The notes beneath the pieces are model-generated. The model did not search any database, was not told the DNA's origin, and saw only the letters and a list, made by a program, of their open reading frames with translations. The position numbers were made by a program, and so were the translations under genes. From contig JAZSAK010000029.1 in the NCBI GenBank assembly GCA_045601865.1, forward strand, positions 1-37,191: DNA of 37,191 bases, read 5' to 3'. Source of the DNA: Faecousia sp. (GTDB lineage Bacteria; Bacillota; Clostridia; Oscillospirales; Oscillospiraceae). Positions within the stretch are counted from its first letter, which is position 1. Every line of letters starts with the position of its first letter. Positions 36,400-37,191 of the stretch are shown here, piece by piece.

Positions 36400-37191
36400 A
36401 TGGCACGCATTGGCATTTACGGCGGCTCTTTTAATCCGCCCCATATCGGTCACATTTCTGCTGCCGTTCAAGCGGTGGATGCCCTACGCCTGGATAAGTT
36501 GCTACTGATTCCTGCCGGCGTTGCACCTCATAAAGAATTGCCGAAAAACTCTGCCACAGCACTTCAGCGTCTTCAGATGCTGCGCCATGCCGTACAGGAC
36601 AAGCCAAAACTGGCGGTTTCGGATATGGAGCTGCGCAGGAAGGGGAAAAGCTATACCTACCAAACAATTTTGCGCTTAAAAGAGGAATATCCCGAAGATG
36701 AACTGATACTGCTGATGGGAACGGATATGTTCCTCAGTTTTGATTCGTGGAAAAATCCCAATATTATTCTGGAAAATGCCGCCCTTGCTGTGTTGTACCG
36801 TGGGCAAGCGGATGAGGTATCTGCTATTTCCCGGGAAAAGGAACGTATGGAAGCCGGCGGTGCGAAGGTATATTTGGTGGAAAATGATGTGGTTAGCATT
36901 TCTTCCACGGATTTGCGCAGAATGCTTGCTTTTCAATGTGCCGATGGTTTCCTGCCGGATGGTGTGGCAGAATATATTGCTAAAAAAGGTCTTTATGGGA
37001 CTGATGTTTGCTACAAAAACCTGCCGATGCCGGAGCTGGAAAGCGTGGTTATTGGCTTGCTGAAACCCAATCGGGTGAAGCATGTGCTGGGCTGTCGGGA
37101 TACGGCAGTGGCGCTTGCCAAGCACTGGGGTGCAGATGAAACCGACGCAGCAAGAGCGGGGCTTCTGCATGATATTACGAAGGCGTTGGAC
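36400..37191 (+). CDS. nadD: Nicotinate-nucleotide adenylyltransferase fused to a YqeK-type HD domain (partial; runs off the window end)
   Basis: Absent from the ORF track. ATG 36400 after AGGAGG reads MARIGIYGGSFNPPHIGH...SYT...MGTD...ISSTDLR...YI..KGLY and continues in frame into RVKHVLGC...AGLLHDITK. Confidence 0.93.
   Translation, partial: MARIGIYGGSFNPPHIGHISAAVQAVDALRLDKLLLIPAGVAPHKELPKNSATALQRLQMLRHAVQDKPKLAVSDMELRRKGKSYTYQTILRLKEEYPEDELILLMGTDMFLSFDSWKNPNIILENAALAVLYRGQADEVSAISREKERMEAGGAKVYLVENDVVSISSTDLRRMLAFQCADGFLPDGVAEYIAKKGLYGTDVCYKNLPMPELESVVIGLLKPNRVKHVLGCRDTAVALAKHWGADETDAARAGLLHDITKALD

Noticed and set aside
1-37191. CRISPR array, tandem repeat array, IS element, prophage or recoded stop codons
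   Set aside because: The intergenic gaps are short (about 320 nt at most) with no regularly spaced repeats. All major genes read through intact with the standard code.

Overview
This is a gene-dense core-genome segment from a Clostridia-type Firmicute, probably Oscillospiraceae-like (inferred from gene order, sigmaA promoters, riboswitch types and a NadD-YqeK fusion). In order it holds: mfd (partial), pth and prs; a GPH/MFS sugar symporter with a divergent TetR regulator; DUF1653; a stand-alone E2-like acyltransferase domain; tRNA-Ala(CGC); a PlsC-like plus PAP2/IPC-synthase-like pair; metV-metF; tmk-DJ1-mltG-U32 peptidase; an LCP protein; a DEAD-box helicase coupled to an atypical DprA/SLOG protein; glmS; thyA-folA; a derlin-like rhomboid with a C-terminal Zn finger; a SAM-I riboswitch with metK and an FTRc-like gene; tRNA-Leu(CAG); a MacB-like ABC transporter; a yybP-ykoY riboswitch with a P2A ATPase; and smc-ftsY-rdgB-yhbY-nadD/yqeK (partial). 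I see no CRISPR array, prophage, integrase or transposase, and no clear-cut new multi-gene system. The best leads are the DEAD+DprA-like pair, a cluster of lipid-type enzymes with altered catalytic motifs, an orphan MetVF with a structured leader, and the derlin-like/AN1-type Zn-finger protein. All calls come from manual motif reading; no database searches were run.
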